Source of the DNA: Octopus bimaculoides
Taxonomy: Eukaryota
NCBI RefSeq assembly: GCF_001194135.2
Contig: NC_068986.1
Location: 1,833,568-1,879,475, forward strand
Direction of reading: 5' to 3'
Length of the DNA stretch: 45,908 nt
Shown one piece after another: positions 24,787 to 36,491 of this stretch; the first letter of the stretch is position 1; every line of letters starts with the position of its first letter. The translations under genes were made by a program, and so were the position numbers. The notes below the pieces were generated by a model. It saw nothing but the letters and a program-made list of their open reading frames with translations, was not told where the DNA came from and made no database searches.

Positions 24787-26019
24787 TATCTGCTCAATGT
24801 TCAGATGACTGTCAATGTGTTAACGAAACATGGATATAATAAAAGTGTCATGACAGTTAATTGCTTTCAAAGCGTGTGTCAGGGTTGGGGCACACAAACA
24901 AGGCGAAGGAAACACGCTACCAATCGGATTAGTAGATGTTCAACTTGAAGCTTACACAAATAACATACTCTCATTTTAAGTTTCAGATAACAATAGCTTC
25001 TACTTTTGCTAGAAGGGAAGCTTTTATACATTACCTTTAACGTTTAGATTGCAACAGTATATAACGTGACGCTGATTGATTTAGCTGATCTCTGACACTG
25101 TGGGAAAGAAAGTTCGTAACACCACCAAGACATGTGACAGAAATAGAATAAACGAGTCATGGAGATTCCTAGTGCAGCATGATTAGATTCAGGAATTGGA
25201 TATTGGTTATGACATTTAAAGTAGGTACTTAAGGGAAGCGAAGACAGTGAAGTGCCGTGAAAGTGCAATATCACAAAATGTACAATACTTGATCAAATTT
25301 GGATGGAAATCGAAGTGTTTTCGACGAGTAATAATAGATTTCCTATATTTCTCTTTTATCAGTTTATCAATGCAAAATGAATTTTAAGAGTTCCAAGTTT
25401 ATAATCATCCAATTAATATTGGAAATGTTTTAACGATTCAGCTGTGGCTGTCGTGAAATCCTGAAACTTTACCATGTTCTGATAACAGGAAAATCTCATA
25501 CCTTTAATAATTCTTCTAGTAAATTGCGATCGACCTTCAGACTAACGGACTAATTTCACCGAAAACTCAGTGGAATTACTCCGTTGAATTGATAATATAT
25601 TTTTTTATTATATGGAGAAAACTTTTAGTTGGCTACCAAATCGAAATTAATTATATAAACTATGTTCTCTGTATACTGAAAAAAACATTAGATGATAAAA
25701 CATAAAGAAGAATATTCTGTGTGGTCAAGAGTTTGTGCAGAAACGAACAACCAATTTATTGATCCTCGATTTCAATATCAAAGATCACAGACTTGGGTTA
25801 TGATAGTCAAAGGAAAGCATATTACAAGAAGCAATAGGAACTGCAACATCGCAGTTATGGCAGGACCAACAGCTTATACGATAAATCAAAGAGTGTGGTT
25901 GGGGAAGGTTTCTATGTGGTCGCTCGACCTGCTAGAAATAGTTCTTTATTTCTTGATTTACACCCCGGCGTCTTGAAAAGGAACGTTATGTTGAATGATG
26001 TAACGCTAGTTATGCTATG

Positions 26020-26225
26020 AGGCGGCAGGCTGGTAGAAATCGTTCACACATCAGACAAAATGGTAAGCAGTATTTTTTCCTGCTTTTTACGTCGTGAGTT
26101 CAAACTCTGCCGAGGTCAACTTTGCCTTTCATCCCTTCGGTGTCGATAAAATAAAGTACCAGACAAGTACTGGGATCGATTTAAGCGACTTGCTCCCTCT
26201 CTCTCTACCCTCAAAACTGCTGGCC
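26020..26225 (+). mobile_element. tRNA-derived SINE (family A), diverged
   Basis: Core GAGTTCAAAC..CTTTGCCTTTCATCCCTTCGG..GTACCAG. Confidence 0.75.
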
Positions 26226-28810
26226 TAGAACTCTGCAACGGGCCCGCTTTTCGTTCCGTGGATGTTGTGACCTCGGTCACGTGAACGCCTTGGAATCCGG
26301 ATAACCGGCCTTTTAAGTCCTGGCATTCGAGAAACAAAAAAAGAGATGTACTATGCTTTGATAATAGGTCTTCTCCATCAAAACTAACCTAAGACAAAAT
26401 AATAACAGCAGTACCAACGATATCGTGTGAAAAATTATTATTTCGACTTGACAGAAAAAGCAATCTTCGTGGAATACTTGCTTATGCGTACGAAATAGAT
26501 AACCTGTCTGAATTAGTGGCGTTACAAGGAAATGTGGGAGTGTGGACTATACCAGGAGATATCACCAGAGGAGGTAACATCACAATACAAGTCAATCCTT
26601 TGATACTTTTCGCGAAATGTTCCAGCAAATATTTATTGTTTTCATAACAAATCTCAATGGATTTGGTCCAGAAAAAAATACTAGAACTCCTTCTTCGTAT
26701 TTACACGAGATGACGTCAATAATGGATGGGAGACACCATCATTTACTGTACTGGGTGATAGCAAAACACTAGTGGCGCTGCCGTCTGAATTACCAAAACA
26801 TCAGAAGACAACTAAGAAAATGCTTAAAAATCAATATCTGTCTTATTCAAAGTATCACTTTCAGCATCTCTGAGAGAATAAATCTTGCGGTAAATAATTA
26901 TTAAAGTTTAAAACTACGTATGGCTTTATCCACACATCTAGAACTAAGCATGTGCGAGATGGCAATTCACAGGGATGTGAAAAAGAGTGAAAGTATATCT
27001 ATCTATTAAAAGCGCCTTTCAAAATATAACTATTAATCAGCTCTTTAACATATTTAACTTTGTTCAATTAATTATTACAAGAGCTTTATATTATTCCACA
27101 ATACTGGATGGGGAGCTTCAATTTTCATAACATAAAGTAGTTATTAGAAAGCTGACTTCGTTATTTTTAAAAGTGATTTTTCCTTTTGTAGGAAGTGCAA
27201 AACTTAATCAAACATTTCCTTGGGATGCGGGGCATAGGAAAGGCTGGGGAGCTATTCTCTTATCTTTTATCCTTTACTTGTTTCAATCATTTGACTGACG
27301 TTATGCTGGGGTATCGCCAGGACTTTTTTTAAGCCTACTACTATCGGAATATTTTGCCGAACCGCTTTATTGTCTTGGCGAGAGATAAAACCTGTGAATG
27401 CAAGATATCATAGGTAAAGGTCAAAGTTCGTGACCTTTTGACCTCCGGTGACCTTTTTACAGAATAAATTTGCTTATCATTTGCATGAACTTGTAGATCT
27501 TGACCAGGCAATCATTTTAAGTGGTCATTTGAAATATTTTGGCAAAGAGTTGCAAAGTTAGAGCTGTTTGAGTTTTCCATACCCCTAATTTTCTGCCTCC
27601 AGCTGTAAAAGTGGTGGGGGTCTTCCATCCCAGCTTCTTTTTTGCTGGCAACATGAAATTTCTGGCTTGTCAGACCCAGGGCTACATGAAAATACCCATT
27701 AAAGTAAATCACAAGGGGGGTGGGGTCGTGACCCCCCTCACTAGCCCATGGTCTAAAAGAAGTTGTATTCTTGGGATCTATTCTACTCTAATATTATAAG
27801 AAAAGTCATGTAAATTCGTTGGGTGGTTCGATGCATTTCTTAAAAAAAAGGTTCACCAGATTTCATTGATTATTCGCGCACGCACATGCACGCGAGCACT
27901 TATACGCAGACATACATACACACGCACATTGACACACATTCATACACACACACATGCCTGCACATGTACTGACGTACATACTGATGTCTACTGGGTTCAA
28001 AAGTAGGTGGGCTGATAGTAGGGAAGATGTGGATTGCATTGGTTTACATGTTAGTGACGGTAGGCATATATTGTTGATGTGGCAGTGGTTACATTGTCTT
28101 TGCTAATTGTTGTTGTTGTATACACACGCACACGAACACACACAATAGACACGCTTTCATCTGCTTAGTCTGTGGGGGTATTTCAACTGATCAAAATATA
28201 AACTCTCTAATGTCCATTTTGCCGTGAATATTCAAAATGCAAACTTATATTATTACATGTTTTGTAATTTAAATTGGGTGTGAAGTGAAACAATTGTAGG
28301 CAATGTAAATTAATTGATAAATTAATTTATACCCATTGAATCTAACTATTTTCAAGCTTATTAATAAATATATATATATGTATGACTATATATATATATA
28401 TATATATATATNNNNNNNNNNNNNNNNNNNNNNNNNNNNNNNNNNNNNNNNNNNNNNNNNNNNNNNNNNNNNNNNNNNNNNNNNNNNNNNNNNNNNNNNN
28501 NNNNNNNNNNNNNNNNNNNNNNNNNNNNNNNNNNNNNNNNNNNNNNNNNNNNNNNNNNNNNNNNNNNNNNNNNNNNNNNNNNNNNNNNNNNNNNNNNNNN
28601 NNNNNNNNNNNNNNNNNNNNNNNNNNNNNNNNNNNNNNNNNNNNNNNNNNNNNNNNNNNNNNNNNNNNNNNNNNNNNNNNNNNNNNNNNNNNNNNNNNNN
28701 NNNNNNNNNNNNNNNNNNNNNNNNNNNNNNNNNNNNNNNNNNNNNNNNNNNNNNNNNNNNNNNNNNNNNNNNNNNNNNNNNNNNNNNNNNNNNNNNNNNN
28801 NNNNNNNNNN

Positions 28811-28863
<53 letters not shown>

Positions 28864-29151
28864 AGTGAGACAGACAGGAAAATAGAGCTGAGATCATATA
28901 CTCATTATTAATTGGTTCTTCAAATGGCGCGGATGTCGACTTTGCCCTTCATCCTTTCGGGATCGATGAAATAATTTGCAGTCAAGTACTGGGTTCGATA
29001 TTATCGACTTACCCCTACCCCCAAATTTCAGGCCTTGTGCCTATGGTAGAAAGTTACAGAGTGAATCAAGGGTCGTGAATTTCATATATAAGCACCAAAT
29101 CGTATGTGTGTGTGTGTGTGTGTGTGTGTATAAATATATGTATATATATAT

Positions 29152-29470
29152 AGGACTCCGTCGGTTACGACGACGAGTGTCTCAGCTGATACGATCAACG
29201 GAACAGTTTGCTCGTGAAATTAATGTGCAAGTGGCTGAGCACTCCACAGACATGTGTACCCTTAACATAGTTCTCAGGGAGAGTCAGCATGACAAAGTGT
29301 GTGACAAGGCTGACCCTTTGAAATACAGGTACTACTAATTTTTACCAGCTGATTGAACTAGAACAACGTGAAATAAAGTGTCTTGCCCCAGGACACAACG
29401 CGTCGCTGAGAATTGAACTCGCGACCTTACGATCGTGAGGCGAGTGCCGTTACCACTAAACCGCAGGCCT
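29152..29470 (-). mobile_element. tRNA-head SINE with CORE-like domain (family C)
   Basis: Minus strand GGTTTAGTGGTAAC..GAGTTCAATTC..GTGTCCTGGGGCAAGACACTTTATTTC. Confidence 0.75.
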
Positions 29471-29929
29471 TCACGTAAATAGACATAGATGTACGTGTGT
29501 GCATAATCTAAGGGGAACAACTCTCAACATTGAACGCCAGGGTCTGTTTACTCTCGTTGAGCTGGCAAAATTGTTAGACTATTGTTAGAACAAAATGCCT
29601 TGCAGAGCATTTGTTTCTGCTGTTTATGAACACAGTTCAAACTATGTTGAAGTCAACTTTACCTTTCGTGCTTTTGGGTTCGATAAAACAAAGCAGCAGT
29701 CAAGTCCTGGGGTATAGGATGTTGACGAAACCTTTCCTTCAAATTTGCTAGCCTTCACAAACAATTAAGTACTTCTAACTACTTTATTATAAATTTTCCA
29801 AAATAAAATCTGCGATATTCGTCATCTGCATGCAAAGCTAAAATCAAAAGTACATTTTTTGAAAATTTTCAGATTAAGTTTTGTGGTTAGAAGAAAACGT
29901 AAAAGATCCGAACAGAGAACTAAATGAGA

Positions 29930-30127
29930 TGTCCCCCCCACCCCACAACATCGCTTGACAACCAATGCTGGTGTGTTCACATCCCCGTAACTTGGCAGTT
30001 CAGCAAAAGAGACCGATAGAATAAGTACTAGGCTTACAAAGAATAAGTCCTGGGGTCGATTTGCTCGACTAAAGGCAGTGCTCCAGTATGGCCACAGTCA
30101 AATGACTGAAACAAGTAAAGAGTAAAG
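29930..30127 (+). mobile_element. SINE 3' half (family D); related minus-strand copies at about 23510-23690 and 27255-27367
   Basis: CCCGTAACTT..CAAAAGAGACCGATAGAATAAGTACTAGGCTT..GACTGAAACAAGTAAAG. Confidence 0.7.
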
Positions 30128-30868
30128 TCCTAAGCGATGTGTGTTACAGCTGGTCTGTTCACCAAAATACATGTTGCGTCAGTGGCCCTGTATCAGGTTC
30201 CAGAGAAAGTATCAGTTATCCAGGTCAGCTTTGCAAAGAGAAGCAGTTTACTGCTGTAATCACGCTAATGTTCATATATAACAGACAAAATGCTAGGGGG
30301 TGGGGGTGGGGGTGAGGAGTAGTGTTGATTAGATAAACCCCAGTATTTTATTGGTACTTATTTTAATGGTGGTAGGTAAAGCTGACTTCGCCAGGATTTG
30401 AGCTTTGACCATTGCTGATTGAAGAAACAGTGGACATGTTCTGTCCTTTAAAAACCTGGCTTTTTATAAATGCAAAAGAAATATCGACAATTAAGAGATG
30501 AAGAGATGAGGAAATACTAATGACACTGGCACTAAAGGTGACAGCAAGCTGCGCAGGTCTCTGGCTGAAGCCTCAACAGCCTCTTTCCTGTCCACAGAGC
30601 TGCATTATTTCCATGAATAAAACAAAATACTTAACCTGTTGTCTCAGACCTCTGAGTTGTAAACAGCCACCAGGACAAGGCACAGGGCACTCTTGTAAAC
30701 AACAATTGCACAATATCCTCAATGCATTTTGTCAACTTATAATGCCAAATCTAAATGACCAAAAACAGAAATAAATTGGACAAAAGGAACCTAAGGGAAG
30801 AGAGAACACCAAAATACACACACACAAAACATATATACATAACATTTTCCTCAGTGGATTTATGAATA

Positions 30869-32001
30869 CAGGTACACAATCCTTTATCCAGAACCCTTGG
30901 TGGCAGTTGTGCTCTGAATTTTGGATTTCAGAACAAAAGCCAACTGCCTCAGATTGTAAACTAAACATCAAAACAGACATCCTACTATGGTAGCAAAAGC
31001 ACATGCATACATACTCACAATTACTGGGGAAAATAAAGATTACAAATATTATTACAGTATATTTATAGAGTAATATACTGGAAAATGAAATAGTGAGATA
31101 ATTAAGATCACAAATAACAGAATGCATAGAGTGGGATAATTTAAAAGAAAAATACACAACCCACAAGTCCAGGTATACACATTACCATATTTCTGTGATG
31201 TGACGCACAAGTATTCACTAATTTGAATAAAGAAAGACTATAAATGGTATTACAATTTATTTGTATGCTAAAGTCATAAATTGGTTCAAACTAAGCTAAA
31301 GATGTAGCTGCAGTTAAGTTGTAGAACAGGGCCCATCAATGTCACCATCATCATCAGGTTGCAAGCAAACTTCCAACGATGAGCCAAGAATGAGATCCTC
31401 ATGTGATGGAAGTGGCACTATGAGAGAGGGCATTTTTAAAGACTTCTTCAAGTGTCATCTGTCTCATTAGCATAGGTTTCTGTCTAAGCTATGTCTCTTT
31501 GAGTAAACTCCCATAATCTGTTTCTCACCAACAAATGTATGTTGTGCAAGGTCAGCTATTAACTGTTCACAAATTTTTTACCATATCGCCTGTAGGAATG
31601 TTTCCATATTCTTCAGTGAGACACTGCACAGACACCCCACTTTCTGTTCTATTGATAATGATGTTCCCTTTTCTTTTTCTCAGTTATCCATTGGGGTCTC
31701 TGCAGTTCTTTTTAAACAATTTCAGGATAAATTATACGCAAAGTCACAAGGAACAGCACTAAGACAGCAAATTGCAAATGGACGTCTTCTCTCTCTCTGA
31801 GTGCTGAGTCACACCTGACATTTGGCAATAAGTGGTGGCCGCCCTGCCAAGCATTGCCACGTCATACCTGAATTGGGACATGGTGATCAGCTGTTTGCAC
31901 ACCTAAATGACGTATTATGATGCACTCCACCCTTCATAAAAAAGTTTGGTTTCAGGGGCTTTTTGGATGTTAGATTTCTGGATAAAGGGGTTGTGTACCT
32001 G
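30869..32001 (-). mobile_element. pogo/Tigger-like non-autonomous DNA transposon
   Basis: TIRs CAGGTACACAATCCTTTATCCAGAA / TTCTGGATAAAGGGGTTGTGTACCTG with TA TSDs. Decayed CENP-B-like N-terminus (RKRK..GVSVQCLTEEYG) on the minus strand near 31600-31690. Confidence 0.8.
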
Positions 32002-34052
32002 TATGCTGACAAGGGCATTGTTGTGGGAGAAATATTTTCAAATCAAGGGAGATAACTAAGATGATTTCAATACGACTGAAGAGGTTTATATATGTGCATA
32101 TACTATGAGATATATATATATATATATATATACACGAGACAGACAGACGGGATTTAATGACAAATCTTGTGTTTAGAGCCAGGTCAACAGACCTACAATC
32201 AAAAGAGGAAATCCCATCTTTTTAGAATAAAAGGTCATTATTTAATGTTTTTCTTGTTTTTTTAGGGCAGATAAATAAAATACCAGTCTAGGGCAATGGA
32301 GAGGTGGAATTATTAGAGTCGAAAGGGTTGCTTTTGTTTTGTAGTACTTGTTCTGGCTCTCTGCATTCTGAGTTCAAATCCTGCTATGGCGTTTTTGATT
32401 AGTCTAACTTAATCACCTGGCTTGACACCACCCTGTATGCCTTAGGTGAGTCACTCTGTTGTATTTAAACCAGGTCTCTAGTTTGAAACTATCTTGCTCT
32501 CTAATAATACTACTACTACTACTACTACTACTACTCAAAATTCCTATGAACGATCATTGGCACTTCCTTTCTACCAGACTAAGCAAATAACTATAAAAAC
32601 CCAGTGACCATAGAAGTTCTCATGGACACAACTGATTCAACACTTTAGCATTTAAACCAGACATATCTGGCCCAAATATTCTATGCTTATTTTCAAATTG
32701 GCCAGACCCAGCCTCTCATGCTGACTTAAAAGTCACATCATCAAAATCTCGAAGCTACAAGATAATACACCATCATCATTAAACATCCATTTTCCAAGCT
32801 AGCATGGGTTGACAGGAGCTGGCAAGGGGTCGTAATGCCCTTCCTAACCCCAATCCCTTTACAAAGTGTACTGCATGCTTTATATGTGGCACTTTGATTT
32901 TTTGGACATCAATTCTGTTGAGACAGGCAGGTCTGCTTGAGAACAACAATGTGCCACATAACTTTGTCCTTTGTCATCTCCTTTGGAAGGCTCAGCAAAA
33001 CAATGTCAATAACTAAGCATTACATTTCACAGAGGAATCCAAATGTTAAAGGGTTACAAAAGGGGTAAGATAACTAATGATTGAATTGTAATATAGTCAA
33101 ATTTGTTTTATCATTCAGACAGTATGTCCAACGTGTCACAAGAGATTTGATTGCAAACTATCAGGCCTGTTGCCATACAGAAGCTCCCTCATACCGTACT
33201 ATAATGTAATGTAGTTGTTTAGTCTCAGGCTAGCCACATTATCAAAGTAACTGAAAGCTTGTTACGTAGGTAACCTAATCAACAAGAGTGGTGGATGTCA
33301 AGACAGCTGTAATTGCCAGGCTAAGGACAAAGGTAGGAAAAGAGAGCTGTTACTTTAGTTGACAACAAACATCTCTCATCAGGTGTTGGGCAAACTGTAT
33401 GATGTGAAATATTTGCATAGAAGCACAACCTAAGTGCTATGCAAAGGCCAAAAAAATAAAAATCATGCAAATGTGCTCTTCTTAGTGTGTAACAGCAATT
33501 GTGAATAAACAAAAAAGCACAATTTTACTGATAGAGAAATTGAACACAAGAGACATTCACTGTTGTGTGTTAGAAAGACTGCAATGATATAGACATGTGT
33601 ATGAAGAATGATTAAGTAAAGTGTCAAATGATTGTTGAGTAAAGTGGATGGAGCATGCAAAATAAGAAAACTGAAGATATGCACAGGTGTTGAGGAATGA
33701 CCTTGTGATGCCAAACCTTACTTAGATGATGAAAAACTACAAACAGGTGGAGAAATGCCATGTTGAAAGCAAATCATTCAAACCATGCCCACAATGTAAT
33801 AACGATACTAATAATGTTCCAGTTGTGACTATGCCATCTTTTTTTTTTTCAGCAATTTACAACTGATTTTATTTCTCAAAGCTTGCCAATTGATATCCCA
33901 AATGACTGCAAACTAGCTTTGATCAGTAGAAGGAGCACATTTTGAACAATTTGAATATACTGTAGTAAAATTCTGATATTTCATGCTATATACATCATAG
34001 TAATTGCATAATTCTTCTACTTTGGATGTTTTCCCTTTTCTAATATTTGTTC

Positions 34053-34722
34053 ATCATCATCATCAGCGGTTAACGTCCGCTTTCCATGCTAGCATGGGTT
34101 GGACGATTTGACTGAGGACTGGTGAACCAGATGGCTACACCAAGCTCCAATCTGATCTGGCAGAGTTTCTACAGCTGGATGCCCTTCCTAACGCCAACCA
34201 CTCTGAGAGTGTAGTGGGTGCTTTTACGTGCCACCGGCACGAAGGCCACTGGCAACGGCCACACTCAAAATGGTGCATTTTACATGCCACCTGCACAGGA
34301 GCCCGTCCAGCAGCACTGGCAACAATCTCGCTCAAATGTCTTTTCACGTGCCAGGAATGAGACGTTGGTAATGATCACGCTCAAATGGTGCTATTTACGT
34401 GCCACCGGCACAGAAGCCAAACAGCTGGTGCTCTGGCAACGATCACGCTTGGACGGTGCTCTTAGTGATTTACTGGTACAGGTGCCATCACGATTTCACT
34501 TTCCAATGAAGGAGACATTGACATGGGGGCCAGTCATCGAATTTAGTTCGATTTCGATTTCACTTGCCTCAACAGGTCTTCACAAGCAGAGTTTAGTGTC
34601 CAATGAAGGAAAGGTAAGCATAAGTGGGCTGGCTACATCCCTGGCAGAGGCCTTGGATTTTGGGGTTGCCGAGTCTTCTCACGCACAGCATATTTCCAAA
34701 GGTCTCGGTCAGAAGTCATTGC
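34053..34722 (-). mobile_element. SINE/RTE-tailed repeat with (ATG)n tail and internal GTGCCACCGGCAC-type units; fragment also at about 32770-32892
   Basis: CATCAT tail, TTTCCATGCTAGCATGGGTTG and GGATGCCCTTCCTAACGCCAACC motifs. Confidence 0.65.
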
Positions 34723-36472
34723 CTTGTTATTGTATTATAACAACTACTGGCAGAACTGGATTTCTCGTCACATTGTCTAGTTATTGGAACACAGGCACAA
34801 CTGAATTCACTCCCTTGTTCTTTTTTTTCCCCCCGCCCTCTCTTCGGCATTAATTGTATCACATTATCAACTGCATAAAAGGACTAAATTCAATGATCGA
34901 ATACATTTTTATAATAAAAAAACAAAAAAGAAGAAACAGCAGTAAAAATTTGTCATATATTACAATTCACATACAATTAACAAATAATTACAATTTGTTT
35001 CTATTTACCAAGATTCTCTACTGTTTATATAATTACTGATATGAAAATTCAATGTCTTGTCAGCAAAGAAAAATAAACTTAGCAGAATCATGGTCAATGG
35101 ATGCAGGAAGAATAGTCATTTGTTTAAGACGCTTGTTTTATAATTACAGTGGTTAAGAGTTCAATCCCACTGCACAGAACCTGGAGTTGACTGAAGCGAT
35201 GTGAGTGAAATTTGATAGACGGAAACTGTGTAGCAGTCTACTGGAAGAACTGCTTCTTCTGTTTGTAGGTGGTTCTTATATCTGTTGCCAAGTTTAACAA
35301 AACCATATACCCAGTGCATTTCAGACGAGTCCACTATTCAGACCAGGTCTCTACACTGAAGATAACATCTTCCCATCAGCCTTGGGGGCTCTGAAAAGGC
35401 ATTATTGATGTATTCTTAGCCCTTCTCTAAGCTATAAAACAATTATGAAAGAGTTACTAAGTCACAAGAGAATTGTATTTTGTACGGCAATGACTTTGAA
35501 GTTTGGATAATCAGAAATGACAGATCTGTACATCACAATAATATACTGACATATCTTATGACACTTAAATGTCTTTAAAAAATGAGGAACTTGATTTATA
35601 TGTCCAAAGAATATTCCTAAGTTCCACTTTATTAAATCAGAATCATCAATTATCAAGGTTAGTAAAAACATATACTAAAGTACCTTTCAGTCAAAAATTG
35701 TTTTGTACTAGAAAAATCAATGTATTAGTGCATAAATATTTCGCCTTTTCTTTCGTGACCGAATATTATACTTCACCATCATCATTCGTTCTTTTTTTCT
35801 TTCTTAAAAACTGAGATTACTTTTAATGTTCCTGAAACAAAATGACACTAGCATTCTTTCATGTCATCATATACACGTTTCTTAGGAAGCAAAAGAGAAA
35901 GCTAGCATAGGTAGGTATTTTAGCAAATTTGACCATTTGCATTTCGTGTCAATAACACCATACCGTACTGAACCATTAAGTAGGAATGGAACATACAGAG
36001 AATCAGATAGACTAAGGCAAAAAAAATAATTTTAAGAAATAAAATATGGTGCATTGTTAGAACCCAGCACCTTTATTTCTAAGCTGTTTTACTTCAAGAC
36101 TGTAAATTCCTTGTTTATTCCAAAATGAACCACCAGCTTGTTTAGTCTCTCATTATAACTACGCTAAACATAATTAGGGATTCCAAGCTTCTGTATCTGG
36201 CATAAACTTGGACAAGGAAGTTTCTGGAATGTTTACTCTCCTGACAGTATTGCTATTTTCTTGTAAACATTTTGGTGTTCATTAAAACCATTTTTTACCC
36301 TTTTCGTACAATATAAATTTTTCACTTTATCATTATCCTTTTTCAAAGAGAAAAACTTAAAATATCAATTTTGATTCTTGTCAAGAAACAAAAACTTTAT
36401 CAACATTTCTAACTGTTCAATTAAGTTAGATTCTGCTGAATATTTTACCTGTAGCAGTTAATAAATATGCTT

Positions 36473-36478
36473 TTTATT
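36473..36478 (-). terminator. Proximal AATAAA, candidate poly(A) signal
   Basis: AATAAA starts 14 nt after the final TGA. Further AATAAA hexamers lie downstream (near 36075 and 35615), so the site used is unknown. Confidence 0.3.
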
Positions 36479-36491
36479 CGTGTCTCTCAGC

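Noticed and set aside
159-28911. Long ORFs made of YI, CV, HT, MYVC or X runs
   Set aside because: Translations of microsatellites and N gaps, not genes. The same applies to 40997-42057.
34218-34853. 211-aa ORF
   Set aside because: Lies within a SINE/RTE-tailed repeat with internal tandem units; no domain.
36200-36490. Coding-like purine-rich text after the final stop (second readthrough or frameshift)
   Set aside because: The final stop is TGA-G and is followed by TAA five codons later. All frames contain stops.
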